Origin: Flavobacterium sp.
GTDB lineage: Bacteria; Bacteroidota; Bacteroidia; Flavobacteriales; Flavobacteriaceae
Assembly (NCBI GenBank): GCA_044373885.1
Contig: JBIPNF010000001.1
Span: 1 to 51,357 of the forward strand
DNA: 51,357 bases
Reading direction: 5' to 3'
A program made the position numbers and the translations under genes. The notes under the pieces were generated by a model that had not been told where the DNA came from, ran no database searches, and worked only from the letters and a program-made list of their open reading frames with translations. This document shows positions 27,447 to 37,898 of the stretch, one piece after another (positions within the stretch are counted from its first letter, which is position 1; the number at the start of each line of letters is the position of its first letter).

Positions 27447-29546
27447 CTATTTTAATATTTGAAAAGCAATTAAAGCCACGATATAAGCCAATCCACTCAT
27501 GAAAATAAGTTGCCCAAAAGGCCATTTCCAAGTGTTGGTTTCTTTTTTGGTAATTGCTAATGTACTTGCACATTGCATCGCAAAAGCATAGAACAATAAC
27601 AAGGAAATTCCAGAAGCAAAATTGAATACTTTGGCGCCCGTTTCTGGATTAAGTTCTGCCTCCATTTTGTTCTTTATAGTATCTTCATTTTCGTTGCCCC
27701 CAACACTATATATAGTTGCCAAAGTACCCACAAAAACTTCCCTTGCAGCAAATGAACTGATAATGGCAATCCCAATTTTCCAATCATAGCCTAAAGGAGA
27801 AATAGCAGGTTCAATTGCTTTTCCCATAATCCCGATATAGGAATTTTCTAATTTGTAGGCTGCTACTTTATTCTTAAATTCTAATTTTGACAAAACGATA
27901 TTTTCAGTTTTAGCGATTAAAATAGCTTCCGCATTATTGAATTTTTTTCCTGGTCCATACGATGCCATAAACCATAATACAATTGAAATGGCAAGGATTA
28001 TTTTTCCGGCTCCAAAAATAAATGCCCTCGTTTTTTCAACTACATTAATAGCAACATTCTTAAACATTGGCAATTTATAGTTTGGCATTTCAACCACAAA
28101 AAAAGTTTTGCCTTTAATTTTCAATATTTTATTTAGAACATACGCCGAAAAAATAGCCATTCCAAAGCCTAAAAGATACAGCAACATTAAAGTCAACCCT
28201 TGCAAATTTAGAAAGCCTAATATTCTGGTGTCTGGGATAACCAATGCAATAATAATGGCGTAAACAGGCAATCTTGCAGAACACGTTGTGAAGGGCGTAA
28301 CCAAAATCGTAATCAATCTTTCCTTCCAATTTTCGATATTTCTGGTTGCCATTATTGCAGGAATCGCACACGCTGTTCCTGAAATTAAAGGCACGACACT
28401 TTTTCCAGAAAGTCCGAAATTTCTCATTATTTTATCCATCAAAAAAACCACGCGACTCATATAACCGCTTTCTTCCAAAACAGAAATAAACAGAAATAAG
28501 AACGCTATTTGTGGAATAAAAATCAAAATTCCGCCAATTCCTGGAATTATTCCTTGGGAAATCAAATTAGTTAAAACTCCAGCCGGTAAGGATTGATTTG
28601 CCAAAACACTTAAAGATGCAAAAGTAGTATCTATAAATTCCATTGGCACTTTTGACCATTCAAAAATAGATTGAAAAATGACAAATAAAATTACGAAAAA
28701 GATAAAATAGCCCCAAAATTTATGGGTTAAAACGCGGTCTAATTTGCTTCGGAAATCTTTGGCAATGGAAGTGTCAATTTTAAGTCCAACTTTCAAAACA
28801 TCGTTTATAAATTGGTATCGTTTTATGGTTTCTTTTTGTTGCAAACGCTTCAAATCGGAATGCGATTTTGTAAAGGAATTTCGGATTTCCTTACGTTCCA
28901 AATTCATAAAATTCACATCTTGCGTAATGACCAACCATAACTTATAAAGCAACTGATTTGGAAATGTTTTTCGAAGGGTCTCAAAATATTCCAAATCAAT
29001 CGCAGAAGCATTCAAACATGGTTCTGTAGAAAGTGAATTATAATTAATTATTAGATTTTTCAACTCATCGATTCCATAACCTTTTCGGGAACTAATCAAG
29101 GCAATCTTCGTTTTTAATTGTTCTTCTAAATAGGGAATATCAAGAGTGATTCCTTTAAATTTCATCCTATCGGCCATATTTATGACTAAAATAGTTGGGA
29201 TTTCTAGGTCTTTTATTTGGGTGAAAAGCAATAAATTTCGCTTTAAATTTTCTACATCTGTTACAACAAGTGCAACATCTGGGTATAATTTATCGTTTTT
29301 ATTTAGCAGCAATTCAATGACTACATTTTCGTCAATAGAACTTGCGTTTAAACTATACGTTCCAGGTAAATCAAGGATGTTGGCTTTTATTTTTGAAGTT
29401 AATTTGCAAAAACCGATCTTTTTTTCGACCGTGATCCCTGGGTAATTTCCTACTTGTTGGTTCAAACCGGTCAATTGGTTAAAAACAGAAGTTTTTCCAG
29501 TATTTGGATTTCCAATTAAAGCAACATTTATGTTTTTGCTACTCAT
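27447..29546 (-). CDS. feoB: Ferrous iron transporter B
   Basis: G1 GNPNTGKT, VGNYPGITVE, DLPGTYSL, NMAD, LEESGYMSR and CSARLPVY, followed by a polytopic membrane domain. Confidence 0.96.
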   Translation of the reverse strand: MSSKNINVALIGNPNTGKTSVFNQLTGLNQQVGNYPGITVEKKIGFCKLTSKIKANILDLPGTYSLNASSIDENVVIELLLNKNDKLYPDVALVVTDVENLKRNLLLFTQIKDLEIPTILVINMADRMKFKGITLDIPYLEEQLKTKIALISSRKGYGIDELKNLIINYNSLSTEPCLNASAIDLEYFETLRKTFPNQLLYKLWLVITQDVNFMNLERKEIRNSFTKSHSDLKRLQQKETIKRYQFINDVLKVGLKIDTSIAKDFRSKLDRVLTHKFWGYFIFFVILFVIFQSIFEWSKVPMEFIDTTFASLSVLANQSLPAGVLTNLISQGIIPGIGGILIFIPQIAFLFLFISVLEESGYMSRVVFLMDKIMRNFGLSGKSVVPLISGTACAIPAIMATRNIENWKERLITILVTPFTTCSARLPVYAIIIALVIPDTRILGFLNLQGLTLMLLYLLGFGMAIFSAYVLNKILKIKGKTFFVVEMPNYKLPMFKNVAINVVEKTRAFIFGAGKIILAISIVLWFMASYGPGKKFNNAEAILIAKTENIVLSKLEFKNKVAAYKLENSYIGIMGKAIEPAISPLGYDWKIGIAIISSFAAREVFVGTLATIYSVGGNENEDTIKNKMEAELNPETGAKVFNFASGISLLLFYAFAMQCASTLAITKKETNTWKWPFGQLIFMSGLAYIVALIAFQILK

Positions 29547-29785
29547 TTCAAGTTGGATTTTAGAATTTCAACTTCAATTTCTTTAGCAGTTTCAATCCGA
29601 ATGGCAAGATGCGATCCATTTATATTCAAATACAAAGGATCTCCAAAAGGAGCAATTTGGAGCAATTCTACCAAATTTCCTGGCAAACAACCCATTTCCA
29701 ATAATTTTAATGGAATAGTATCGATGTCAAAATCTTTGATGATTGCTTTTTCGCCTTTTTTGAGAGAATTTATTGTAGTTCGCAA
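29543..29785 (-). CDS. feoA: Ferrous iron transport protein A
   Basis: SH3-like KLLEMGCLPG..APFGDP..LAIR; TTG start; 4-nt overlap with feoB. Confidence 0.92.
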   Translation of the reverse strand: MRTTINSLKKGEKAIIKDFDIDTIPLKLLEMGCLPGNLVELLQIAPFGDPLYLNINGSHLAIRIETAKEIEVEILKSNLK

Positions 29786-29788
29786 ACC

Positions 29789-29810
29789 TTATTTAGATTG
29801 AATTTAGATT
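29789..29810 (-). promoter_or_regulatory. Candidate Fur-type iron operator upstream of feoA
   Basis: Minus strand AATCTAAAT-TC-AATCTAAAT-AA, a repeated 9-mer just upstream of the start codon. It resembles the ATTTAGA/TCTAAAT boxes I recall at flavobacterial iron genes. Confidence 0.5.
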
Positions 29811-29902
29811 GTAAAAGTAAATATAATTATGTTTACAAAGATGATAATTATCAGTTTTATGACATTTTTAGGCAAATGTTAATCTGTTTTTATAGCAAAG
29901 CA

Positions 29903-30568
29903 TTATTCTGAACACAAGAAATTAATATCATCTATCAATAGTAGAATATCCTCTTTTTTAGTTCCGTCATAAAAACCTCGAACGCGTCTTTTTGAATCCA
30001 CCAAAACGAAATTCTCGGTGTGAACCATGTCGTATAATTGATTTGGTTTTCCCAATTTTACAGCCAAATACGATTTTCTAGCCAACGTGTAAATTTGTTT
30101 TTTATCGCCCGTAACTAAGTTCCATTTGTTATCTAAAACTCCATTTTTAATTGCATACTTTTTTAAAACAGGAACGTTATCTGTTTCGGGGAAAACGGTG
30201 TGAGAAAGCAACATTACCTTTGGATTATTGATAATTGCTTTCTGAATTACAGCTAAATTCGTTGTCATTTTTGGGCAAATTGAACCGCAAGTTGTAAAGA
30301 AAAAATCGGCAACATAAATCTTGCCTTCATAGTCTTTTTGAGTAATTAATTTACCGTTTTGATTTGTAAATGAGAAATCTGCAATGGTGTGGTATTTGCT
30401 AATATATTGAACGGTTGAGTCTACCAATTCAGGATTTACCATCGAGGGATTATAAATTGGAAGCATTTTTTTTGGCTTTAAAGCCGAATAAAAGAGCGAT
30501 AATATAATTGCTGAAAGAACAACTACAGTACTTAGAAATAACTTGTATTTTCTTAGAGTAGAAAGCAT
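29903..30568 (-). CDS. SCO1/SenC family copper-binding protein
   Basis: N-terminal TM helix, FFTTCGSICP (CxxxC), conserved His in MVHTENFVLVD, and RGFYDG. Confidence 0.92.
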   Translation of the reverse strand: MLSTLRKYKLFLSTVVVLSAIILSLFYSALKPKKMLPIYNPSMVNPELVDSTVQYISKYHTIADFSFTNQNGKLITQKDYEGKIYVADFFFTTCGSICPKMTTNLAVIQKAIINNPKVMLLSHTVFPETDNVPVLKKYAIKNGVLDNKWNLVTGDKKQIYTLARKSYLAVKLGKPNQLYDMVHTENFVLVDSKRRVRGFYDGTKKEDILLLIDDINFLCSE

Positions 30569-30728
30569 TTTTAATTTTTCACAAATTTACGAAAGTAAAA
30601 TAGCTGAAAACATATTTTACTATTTATTTTGAGAAAATTAAATCAAATAAGATGGGAACTACAAATTTTGTCAATTTAACAAAAACTAAAAATAAAAGTA
30701 ATATTTTTGATATCTAAACAATTTAAAC

Positions 30729-32795
30729 ATGAAAAAACAACTGTATAAAAAAATGTTGTTTGTAATTCCAGCTTTGATTGGATTTATAAATAGTAATGCT
30801 CAAAAAGCGGTAACCCAAAAAGAACCTGGAATAAATGTTTCTTTTATGGATAAATCGGTGAAACCAAACGAAGATTTCTTTAAATTCGTAAATGGAACTT
30901 GGCTTAAAAACACTGAAATCCCTGCTGACAAAACCCGTTGGGGAAGTTTTGATGAATTGCGGCAAAATACCGACAAAGATGCCTTGGCAATTTTGAAAGA
31001 AGCAACCAAAAATCCTAAATACAAATCCAATACGGATCAAGGAAAAGCAATCAACATGTACAAAGCCGCAATGGATACTGTGGCGAGAAATAAACAAGGA
31101 ATTGCTCCATTAGCACCTTATTTAGCTAAAATTAATGCTGTGAAAACCATCAAAGATTTACAAAAATTAATGATGGAAACTGAAGCCCAAGGTGGCGGTG
31201 TTGGATTCTTTGGCGTTGGCGTTGGTGCCGACGAAAAAAATAGTACTAGAAATGTTGTAAGCGTTGGACCTGGAGGATTAGGTTTGCCAGATAGAGATTA
31301 CTACGTGTCTAATGAAAAAGATTCTAAGGAAAAAAGGGAGAAATATGCGCTTCATGTTGCAAAAATGTTGCAATTCCTAGGTGAAACCCCAGATGGTGCA
31401 AAAACAAATGCAGATAAAATACTTGCATTAGAAATCCAAATGTCAACCCCAAGATTAGACAGGGTAGAACGTCGCGATAGCAAAAAACAATACAATCCAA
31501 CTGCAATAGCTGACTTGCAAAAAATGCTCCCAGCAGTAGAATGGAATTCCTACCTTAATGGAATCGGATTAACAAAAGTAGACACTATTATTGTTTCGCA
31601 ACCGAGATACATGAATGCTTTGCAAATGGTTTTTACTGAAAACAAAGTAGAAGACTGGAAAGCATATATGCGTTGGATGCTTTTGAGAGGCGCTTCTGGT
31701 CAATTGTCAACAACTATTGAAACTGCAAATTGGGAGTTTTACGGAAAAACTTTAACAGGTGCGTTGAAACAAAGACCGCGACACGAAAAAGCACTTCAAG
31801 TAGTAAATGGAACTGTTGGAGAAGCACTTGGAAAATTATATGTAGAAAAAATGTTCCCAGCCGAAGCAAAAACCAAAGCTTCTAAAATGATTAAAAACGT
31901 TATGAAAGCGTATGAAATCAGAATTAATAATTTAACTTGGATGTCGGCCGAAACAAAATTGAAAGCCGTTGAGAAGTTGAATAAGTTGACAATCAAAATT
32001 GGTTATCCAGACAAGTGGGAAGATTATTCTGCTTTAGTAATAAATAGTCCTGAAGAAGGGGGAAGCTATTTTGAAAACTTGAAAAATGTTACAAAATGGG
32101 GTTGGAAAAAAGATTTAGACAAATTAAGCAAACCAGTGGACAAAACCGAATGGGGAATGTCGCCTCAAACGGTAAATGCCTATTATAACCCATCTTATAA
32201 TGAAATCGTTTTTCCAGCGGCTATCTTACAACCACCATTTTACAATTACCAAGCGGATGAAGCGGTTAATTATGGTGGAATTGGAGCCGTTATTGGACAC
32301 GAAATTTCTCACGGATTTGATGATCAAGGAGCGACTTATAACGCCGATGGCAATCTAATCGATTGGTGGACAGCTGATGATTTAACTAAATTCACTTCAC
32401 TTGGCGGCGCATTAGCAGACCAATATTCGGCATTAGAACCATTGCCAGGAACTCACGTAGATGGTAAATTTACATTGGGAGAAAACATTGGAGATTTAGG
32501 CGGTGTAAATGCAGCTTACGACGGATTACAATTATATTTAAAAGAAAATGGAAATCCAGGTTTAATCGATGGTTACACACCTGAACAAAGATTCTTTATT
32601 TCTTGGTCGACTATTTGGCGTTCAAAAATGAGAGACGAAGCTTTGAAAAACCAAGTAAAAACCGACCCACATTCTCCAGGAATGTACCGTGCGTATGTGC
32701 CTATTCAAAATGTAGACGCGTTCTATTCTGCTTTTGATATTAAAGTGGGTGACGGAATGTATGTTACTCCTGAAAAGCGTGTGAAAATCTGGTAA
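30729..32795 (+). CDS. M13 family zinc endopeptidase (PepO/neprilysin-like)
   Basis: Signal peptide followed by Gln; VNAYY, GHEISHGFD, GENIGDLGG and DPHSP. A -7 box TATTTTTG lies at 30702-30709. Confidence 0.95.
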   Translation: MKKQLYKKMLFVIPALIGFINSNAQKAVTQKEPGINVSFMDKSVKPNEDFFKFVNGTWLKNTEIPADKTRWGSFDELRQNTDKDALAILKEATKNPKYKSNTDQGKAINMYKAAMDTVARNKQGIAPLAPYLAKINAVKTIKDLQKLMMETEAQGGGVGFFGVGVGADEKNSTRNVVSVGPGGLGLPDRDYYVSNEKDSKEKREKYALHVAKMLQFLGETPDGAKTNADKILALEIQMSTPRLDRVERRDSKKQYNPTAIADLQKMLPAVEWNSYLNGIGLTKVDTIIVSQPRYMNALQMVFTENKVEDWKAYMRWMLLRGASGQLSTTIETANWEFYGKTLTGALKQRPRHEKALQVVNGTVGEALGKLYVEKMFPAEAKTKASKMIKNVMKAYEIRINNLTWMSAETKLKAVEKLNKLTIKIGYPDKWEDYSALVINSPEEGGSYFENLKNVTKWGWKKDLDKLSKPVDKTEWGMSPQTVNAYYNPSYNEIVFPAAILQPPFYNYQADEAVNYGGIGAVIGHEISHGFDDQGATYNADGNLIDWWTADDLTKFTSLGGALADQYSALEPLPGTHVDGKFTLGENIGDLGGVNAAYDGLQLYLKENGNPGLIDGYTPEQRFFISWSTIWRSKMRDEALKNQVKTDPHSPGMYRAYVPIQNVDAFYSAFDIKVGDGMYVTPEKRVKIW

Positions 32796-32815
32796 AAGCC
32801 AATTTAAACATTATA

Positions 32816-32853
32816 AAATCCCATTTTGTTTCAAAGCAAAATGGGATTTTTTT
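32816..32853. terminator. Bidirectional terminator between convergent genes
   Basis: AAAATCCCATTTTGTTT / AAAGCAAAATGGGATTTT followed by a T run. Confidence 0.8.
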
Positions 32854-33777
32854 TTATATTTTTGACTTTCTGAATGATTTATTAACCAAATACAATCCGA
32901 AAAGTGTTATTATTCCGCCTATGGCAATAGAAAAAGTGAGTGGTTCTCCAAAAACATAAGCACCTAAAAGCACCGCAATAATCGGATTGATATAGGCATA
33001 AATACTATTAATTTCTGCGGGCAAATGTTGCAAAGCATAGATAAATGCGATGAACGTTAGCACCGACCCGAAAAGCACTAAATAACCAATAGAAATCCAA
33101 GAAATCATCGGAATAGAACTCAAACTTACAGCAGAACCCGTTGCGCCCAAATATGCAAAAAGAAAAATACTCGAAATGAACATCTGAATTCCTAAACTAA
33201 AATAAGGATTGAAACTTGCTGCTTTTTTCTTGGTGTATAAAGTCGCAAATGCCCAAGTTAAGGTAGATATTATGGATATTATAATACCAAATCGAAAGTC
33301 AAAAATCAAGAAATCACTTAAATGTTCGTAGAAAATTACGCAAACGCCGGCGAAACCGACAACCAAACCTATAATTGATAATTTTACCAATTTTTCACCG
33401 TTGAAAAGACTAATAATCACAACCCAAAGTGGAACTAAAGCTCCTATAATTGCGCCCAATCCACTACTGATATATTTCACTCCCCAAGTGCTCAAACCGT
33501 TGCTCAAAACAAAATTCAAAATACTCAAAATGAAAATTGTTTTCCATTGTTTGCCTTTTGGCCACGTTGATTTTTTGAAAAGAAAATAGGAAAGATATAA
33601 AGTAGCACCCAGAAATTGACGAATTGCTACGAGTTGCAAAGCGGGCATATATTTCACGCCTTCTTTGGAAGCAATCCAAGTGGTGCCCCAAAAAAAACTC
33701 ACCCAACAAAGCGCCAATATTGGTAATCCAACGGAACTTATTTTAGATTGAATTCCGCTTTTTATTTTTTGTATCAA
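32854..33777 (-). CDS. DMT/EamA family transporter
   Basis: About ten hydrophobic helices; FFWGTTW, YLVLFGSVLTF and YAYINPIIAVLLG. Confidence 0.9.
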   Translation of the reverse strand: MIQKIKSGIQSKISSVGLPILALCWVSFFWGTTWIASKEGVKYMPALQLVAIRQFLGATLYLSYFLFKKSTWPKGKQWKTIFILSILNFVLSNGLSTWGVKYISSGLGAIIGALVPLWVVIISLFNGEKLVKLSIIGLVVGFAGVCVIFYEHLSDFLIFDFRFGIIISIISTLTWAFATLYTKKKAASFNPYFSLGIQMFISSIFLFAYLGATGSAVSLSSIPMISWISIGYLVLFGSVLTFIAFIYALQHLPAEINSIYAYINPIIAVLLGAYVFGEPLTFSIAIGGIITLFGLYLVNKSFRKSKI

Positions 33778-33778
33778 T

Positions 33779-34582
33779 TTACAAACTGTCTTTAATGAAT
33801 TGGTAATTCAAAACTTTTTCCAATTTATCGGATAAAATGGTTTTCCCAATTGAAGGTTTTGAAGCCACAAAGATAGGAAGTTCCAATTGAAATTCTTTTG
33901 CTTTTTGAGTATAATAATCTTCCCGACTCGGATGAAAAGGCGCAACAGCATTGAAGGTTTCTCCCCAACAATTGGATTCAATAATTTTTAAAATTATCCC
34001 GATACAGTCTTCTTGATGAATCAAATTTATCGGAGCATTTGGATTTTCAATATTGGTTCTACCAGCCAAAAAACGAATTGGATTTCGGTCTTTGCCAATT
34101 AATCCTCCAAATCGCAAAACCGTAGTTTCAAATTGAGAATTATTTTGTAAAAGTTGCTCGCACGCTACTAATTGTTTACCGCTTTCGGTATCAGGATTTG
34201 CAATTGTTTCTTCTGTAACCAATTTATTATCATAAGAATAAACAGAAGTAGAACTCACAAAAACCACTTTTTTAATTCCTGATTTTTCAATGAAAGGAAT
34301 TAAATTTTTGATTTTTACAACAAAATTTTCAGTTGCAGTTCCTCTTAATTTTGGCGGAATATCAATAATCAAAACCTGACTTCCTTCCAAAAATTCGGAT
34401 ACATTTCCGTTGATAGATGCTTCTCCCAATTCAATTAAAAAAGCTGAAATACCTGAATTTTCAATCTTTAAAATTTTTTCAGTTGAAGTCGTCGAACCAT
34501 TAACAGAAAATCCGTTTTCTAATAAAGCTTTCGCCAATGGAAATCCCAACCATCCACAACCAAGAATACTAATTTTTTTCAT
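33779..34582 (-). CDS. NAD(P)-dependent extended/atypical SDR oxidoreductase (YeeZ-like)
   Basis: ISILGCGWLG, VFVSSTSVY, LRFGGLIG and NLIHQEDC. Confidence 0.85.
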   Translation of the reverse strand: MKKISILGCGWLGFPLAKALLENGFSVNGSTTSTEKILKIENSGISAFLIELGEASINGNVSEFLEGSQVLIIDIPPKLRGTATENFVVKIKNLIPFIEKSGIKKVVFVSSTSVYSYDNKLVTEETIANPDTESGKQLVACEQLLQNNSQFETTVLRFGGLIGKDRNPIRFLAGRTNIENPNAPINLIHQEDCIGIILKIIESNCWGETFNAVAPFHPSREDYYTQKAKEFQLELPIFVASKPSIGKTILSDKLEKVLNYQFIKDSL

Positions 34583-34584
34583 TA

Positions 34585-35094
34585 TTATTTTTTGTAACCA
34601 ATTTGTTTTCGTTCTTTTTGGACGGCTTCGTTTTGATCTCTTTTTATTAGAAAATTCAAAGCTTCATATATATCACTAAATTGCTTGTCATATTTACTTT
34701 CTATTTCCAATAATTTAGAATTAAATTCTTTGTTTTCAAGCGCATATCTTCTTATTATTACAAAAGTTCTCATAATAGCAATATTTATATTAATGGCTAC
34801 TTCTGAATTTAATATTCCACTTAACATAGCAATTCCTTGTTCGGTAAAAGCAAATGGAAGTGAAGTTTTTGGTCTTTTTGAAGGGTATGTCGTCACAAAT
34901 TGTGATGACATATTTTCCAATTCTTCCAAAGTTAGCTGAAACATAAAATCTTCAGGGAATCTACTGATATTCCTTTTAACGGCTTGATTCAAAACTCTAG
35001 TTTCTACTTTATAAAGCAGTGCTAAATCAAAATCGAGCATTACTTTTTGCCCTCTAACTTCGTAGATTTTGGATTGTAAAATTGAAATTTCCAT
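34585..35094 (-). CDS. ORF6N (KilA-N-like) domain DNA-binding protein
   Basis: IYEVRGQKVMLDFDLALLY, LNQAVKRNISRFPEDFMFQL, PFAFTEQGIAMLS and C-terminal RKQIGY. Confidence 0.9.
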   Translation of the reverse strand: MEISILQSKIYEVRGQKVMLDFDLALLYKVETRVLNQAVKRNISRFPEDFMFQLTLEELENMSSQFVTTYPSKRPKTSLPFAFTEQGIAMLSGILNSEVAININIAIMRTFVIIRRYALENKEFNSKLLEIESKYDKQFSDIYEALNFLIKRDQNEAVQKERKQIGYKK

Positions 35095-35108
35095 AGTGTA
35101 TATTTAAT

Positions 35109-37499
35109 TTATTTCGTTTTTAATGTATCAATTTCAGTCGTCAAACTATCTTTTGCAATCAAACTATTTAATCTGTAATTCTTCGTTTTAGGAACAACAA
35201 TTGAAGTAACAATCTTCTTTTGAATCACTACCGCATCATTCAATACAAACGGCATCGGCATCATCCAAGGCAATCTTTTTAAAATTCTGAAATTTGGATT
35301 GGTCAATAAATCAAAAGAACTTTCCATCAAATCCATATCAAAATTAGTATTTGCTGCAATCGAAAACTGCAATTCCAAAGGCTCATTATCTACAACATAA
35401 TAACTAATTAATCGCTTTCCTTTACGCAAATACAAACTCCCTTTTTGTGCCAAAGCAGTTGCGCCATTAGCTTTCAAATTAAAGAAAATCATTTTTTCAT
35501 TGGCAAAAATATCGTACCGATTAACATTTCTATTGGGTGATATCCTCATTTTAATATACCGCTGCGAACCACCAATACTATCTTGAAAAAATGCAATTGT
35601 AGGTTCCTTAATTTCTTTTACATCGGCTTCAGCTGAAAACGTAAACCCAGATTTGTATTTGCTAAACAACGGATTCTTATTTAAAATTCCTGCTACTTTT
35701 GGATTTTCGCCTAAATACATTTTTGTCCATTCGTCTAAATTCAAATCATATGTTGCCCAAACTGCTTTGTTAGAATCTGCATCATAAATATAAAGCAAAC
35801 TATTAGGTTTTGCTGTTCCTTTCGCATAATTGGAATTGAAATGTGCTTTCGCAAAAAAACCAATCGAAATTAAAAATAGTACAAATGCCCAAACTCCTTT
35901 CTTAGGAAATGCTCCAAATATTGGCAACAACAATCCGAAAACTAAAACCGACAAAACAGCACTTCCTGCCAGAATTTTTAATCCCAAACCAATCGGAAAC
36001 ATAATTATAAAAGGCACAAAAATAATTAGCGATGGAATACTCAAAACCAAATTCAGCGTGCGATTTGATTTTTGTGTGGTGATAAAATACCCCAACATCA
36101 ACAAACTAAAAAACAATGGAATTACAAAAAATCCCGCTCCAGGCAAATAAAAAGCAATCGCAGAATTGACAAGAATCCAAATAAATAATGGTGCTACAGC
36201 ATAATTTTCGCTTTTGTTTTCAGAATCCGATTTTATGTAAAACAAGGAACAAATCGCCAAACTCAAAAACACAAAAGCACCAATATAATCGTGCCCGTTA
36301 TACGTAAATCCTTGAAGAATATCGTTGTATTGCGGATAGATATTCATTAGCAATTTCCACCCAAAAAAAGTCACAATTCCTGAAACTATCAACGAACCAA
36401 ATAAATTCAAAAACCCTTTTCCAATTTCTGAAAACACCAAAACCCGTTTTCCAATACCAATAAAAACTAAAAATAAAAACAATAAAACCGCCACAATTAA
36501 CATTGGAACAATCCACGAAAACGGATAACTTACAAATGAAAATGGCGTATTAAAATAAACGTAATCTTCCGAAGATTGCAAAGAACTCAAATCTGAATTT
36601 GAAAAATAATTCAACAATGGCATCAAATAAGTTCCTTGATGTGCCAATGTTTTTAGGCTCAAATGGTCAATATCATCTTGCGCTGTGTGGTAATTGAAAT
36701 GATTGTCAATAAACGCAAAATTAAAACCCTGAATGTTTCCTTGCTCTCTAAAAACAGTCAAATCGGTATCGTTAGGCAGCATTTTATAAATGCTATACAT
36801 CAGCGAATTCGAAACTGGAAACCCTGGATTTGCAGCCGTAAATTCCTTAACCAAACGCGCATTTCCTTGATTCACTTCCATCAACATATAACTCGGTCCC
36901 GCACTTCCACGCGCTTCAAAATTCAAAACCAATCCCACTTCTTTCGCCCAATTGCTTTTGGTTACAAAAAGTGCTGCGCCATTCAAACCCAATTCTTCGG
37001 CATCCGAAAACAGAATAATAATGTCGTTTTTATGAGGCGTTTTATTGTGCAAAAAGGTACGTAAACCTTCTAAAATTGTCGCAATTCCAGACGCATCGTC
37101 ACTCGCTCCGTGCGAATAGGAATGCGGTGCGCTATCATAATGCGAAAGCAACAACAACGCTTTCGAGCTGTTTGAACCTTTAATTCTTGCTAAAATATTT
37201 TTAGATTTCGTCAAATTTCCCCAATCAGAAAGCGTCATTCCTTCTTGAATTTGAGTTTCCAAACCCAAACTTTGCAATTCTTTAACCAAATAATCACCCA
37301 CAATTTTATGCTTTTCCGAACCTATATAATGTGGATTTTCCGACATTATTTTCACTTTCCCCAAAGCCCGCTGCGTCGAAAATCCCGAAAGCGAACCTTC
37401 TTCCTTTGAAACCCATTGTGGCATCATAAAATAGTAAAGCAACCCAATAATTCCAGCAATAAATACAATCGATAAAAGTGACGTAAATCTGTTTTTCAT
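35109..37499 (-). CDS. Membrane-bound M28 family metallopeptidase
   Basis: SHYDS, GASDDASG, DAEELGLNGA, NFEARG and YHTAQD, followed by multiple TM helices. Confidence 0.9.
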   Translation of the reverse strand: MKNRFTSLLSIVFIAGIIGLLYYFMMPQWVSKEEGSLSGFSTQRALGKVKIMSENPHYIGSEKHKIVGDYLVKELQSLGLETQIQEGMTLSDWGNLTKSKNILARIKGSNSSKALLLLSHYDSAPHSYSHGASDDASGIATILEGLRTFLHNKTPHKNDIIILFSDAEELGLNGAALFVTKSNWAKEVGLVLNFEARGSAGPSYMLMEVNQGNARLVKEFTAANPGFPVSNSLMYSIYKMLPNDTDLTVFREQGNIQGFNFAFIDNHFNYHTAQDDIDHLSLKTLAHQGTYLMPLLNYFSNSDLSSLQSSEDYVYFNTPFSFVSYPFSWIVPMLIVAVLLFLFLVFIGIGKRVLVFSEIGKGFLNLFGSLIVSGIVTFFGWKLLMNIYPQYNDILQGFTYNGHDYIGAFVFLSLAICSLFYIKSDSENKSENYAVAPLFIWILVNSAIAFYLPGAGFFVIPLFFSLLMLGYFITTQKSNRTLNLVLSIPSLIIFVPFIIMFPIGLGLKILAGSAVLSVLVFGLLLPIFGAFPKKGVWAFVLFLISIGFFAKAHFNSNYAKGTAKPNSLLYIYDADSNKAVWATYDLNLDEWTKMYLGENPKVAGILNKNPLFSKYKSGFTFSAEADVKEIKEPTIAFFQDSIGGSQRYIKMRISPNRNVNRYDIFANEKMIFFNLKANGATALAQKGSLYLRKGKRLISYYVVDNEPLELQFSIAANTNFDMDLMESSFDLLTNPNFRILKRLPWMMPMPFVLNDAVVIQKKIVTSIVVPKTKNYRLNSLIAKDSLTTEIDTLKTK

Positions 37500-37516
37500 T
37501 TGAAATAAATTTGGAG

Positions 37517-37867
37517 TTAAATGTCTTTTTTGACTAACATAAAATAGTCATTTTCCAAAGCCAAATAACCTTGGTCGTACAGAAAATAGTACGTATTCCC
37601 CGTTTTAGTGTTCAAAATATTCGTAAAAAACTCAAAATCAAATCCCTTACTCAATAATTTTGTCCGCGTCGTTTTCGACTTCCCATCTACATTTAAAGCA
37701 CTCAAAATTCGATAATTTTTCCGCAATTTGTTGTTCACATTGCGCATAAAATTCGTGCTATCCTTGTTAATTTTGTTGTTGTAGGAATTCCTACAACCGT
37801 CGCTGCAAAACTTCTTGTCCTCGCGACCCACAATTTTTTCTCCACATTCCAAACACGTTTTACTCAT
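37517..37867 (-). CDS. Conserved hypothetical basic Zn-finger protein (DUF2116/treble-clef-like)
   Basis: CLECG-x11-FCSDGCRNSYNN (CxxC..CxxxC) followed by a Lys/Arg/Asn-rich helix; 116 aa. Confidence 0.75.
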   Translation of the reverse strand: MSKTCLECGEKIVGREDKKFCSDGCRNSYNNKINKDSTNFMRNVNNKLRKNYRILSALNVDGKSKTTRTKLLSKGFDFEFFTNILNTKTGNTYYFLYDQGYLALENDYFMLVKKDI

Positions 37868-37873
37868 AATTTC

Positions 37874-37898
37874 GTCATTGCGAGGAACGAAGCAATCT
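37874..37898. repeat. GTCATTGCGAG..GAAGCAATC REP-like hairpin
   Basis: GTCATTGCGAGGAACGAAGCAATCT with an ATTGC/GCAAT stem. A degenerate TGTCATTTTGAAGCGAA follows at about 37915. Confidence 0.6.

Noticed and set aside
25504-35094. Prophage or ICE suggested by umuCD, ORF6N, ssb and fic
   Set aside because: These genes are scattered among core genes, with no integrase, structural, conjugation or att features.
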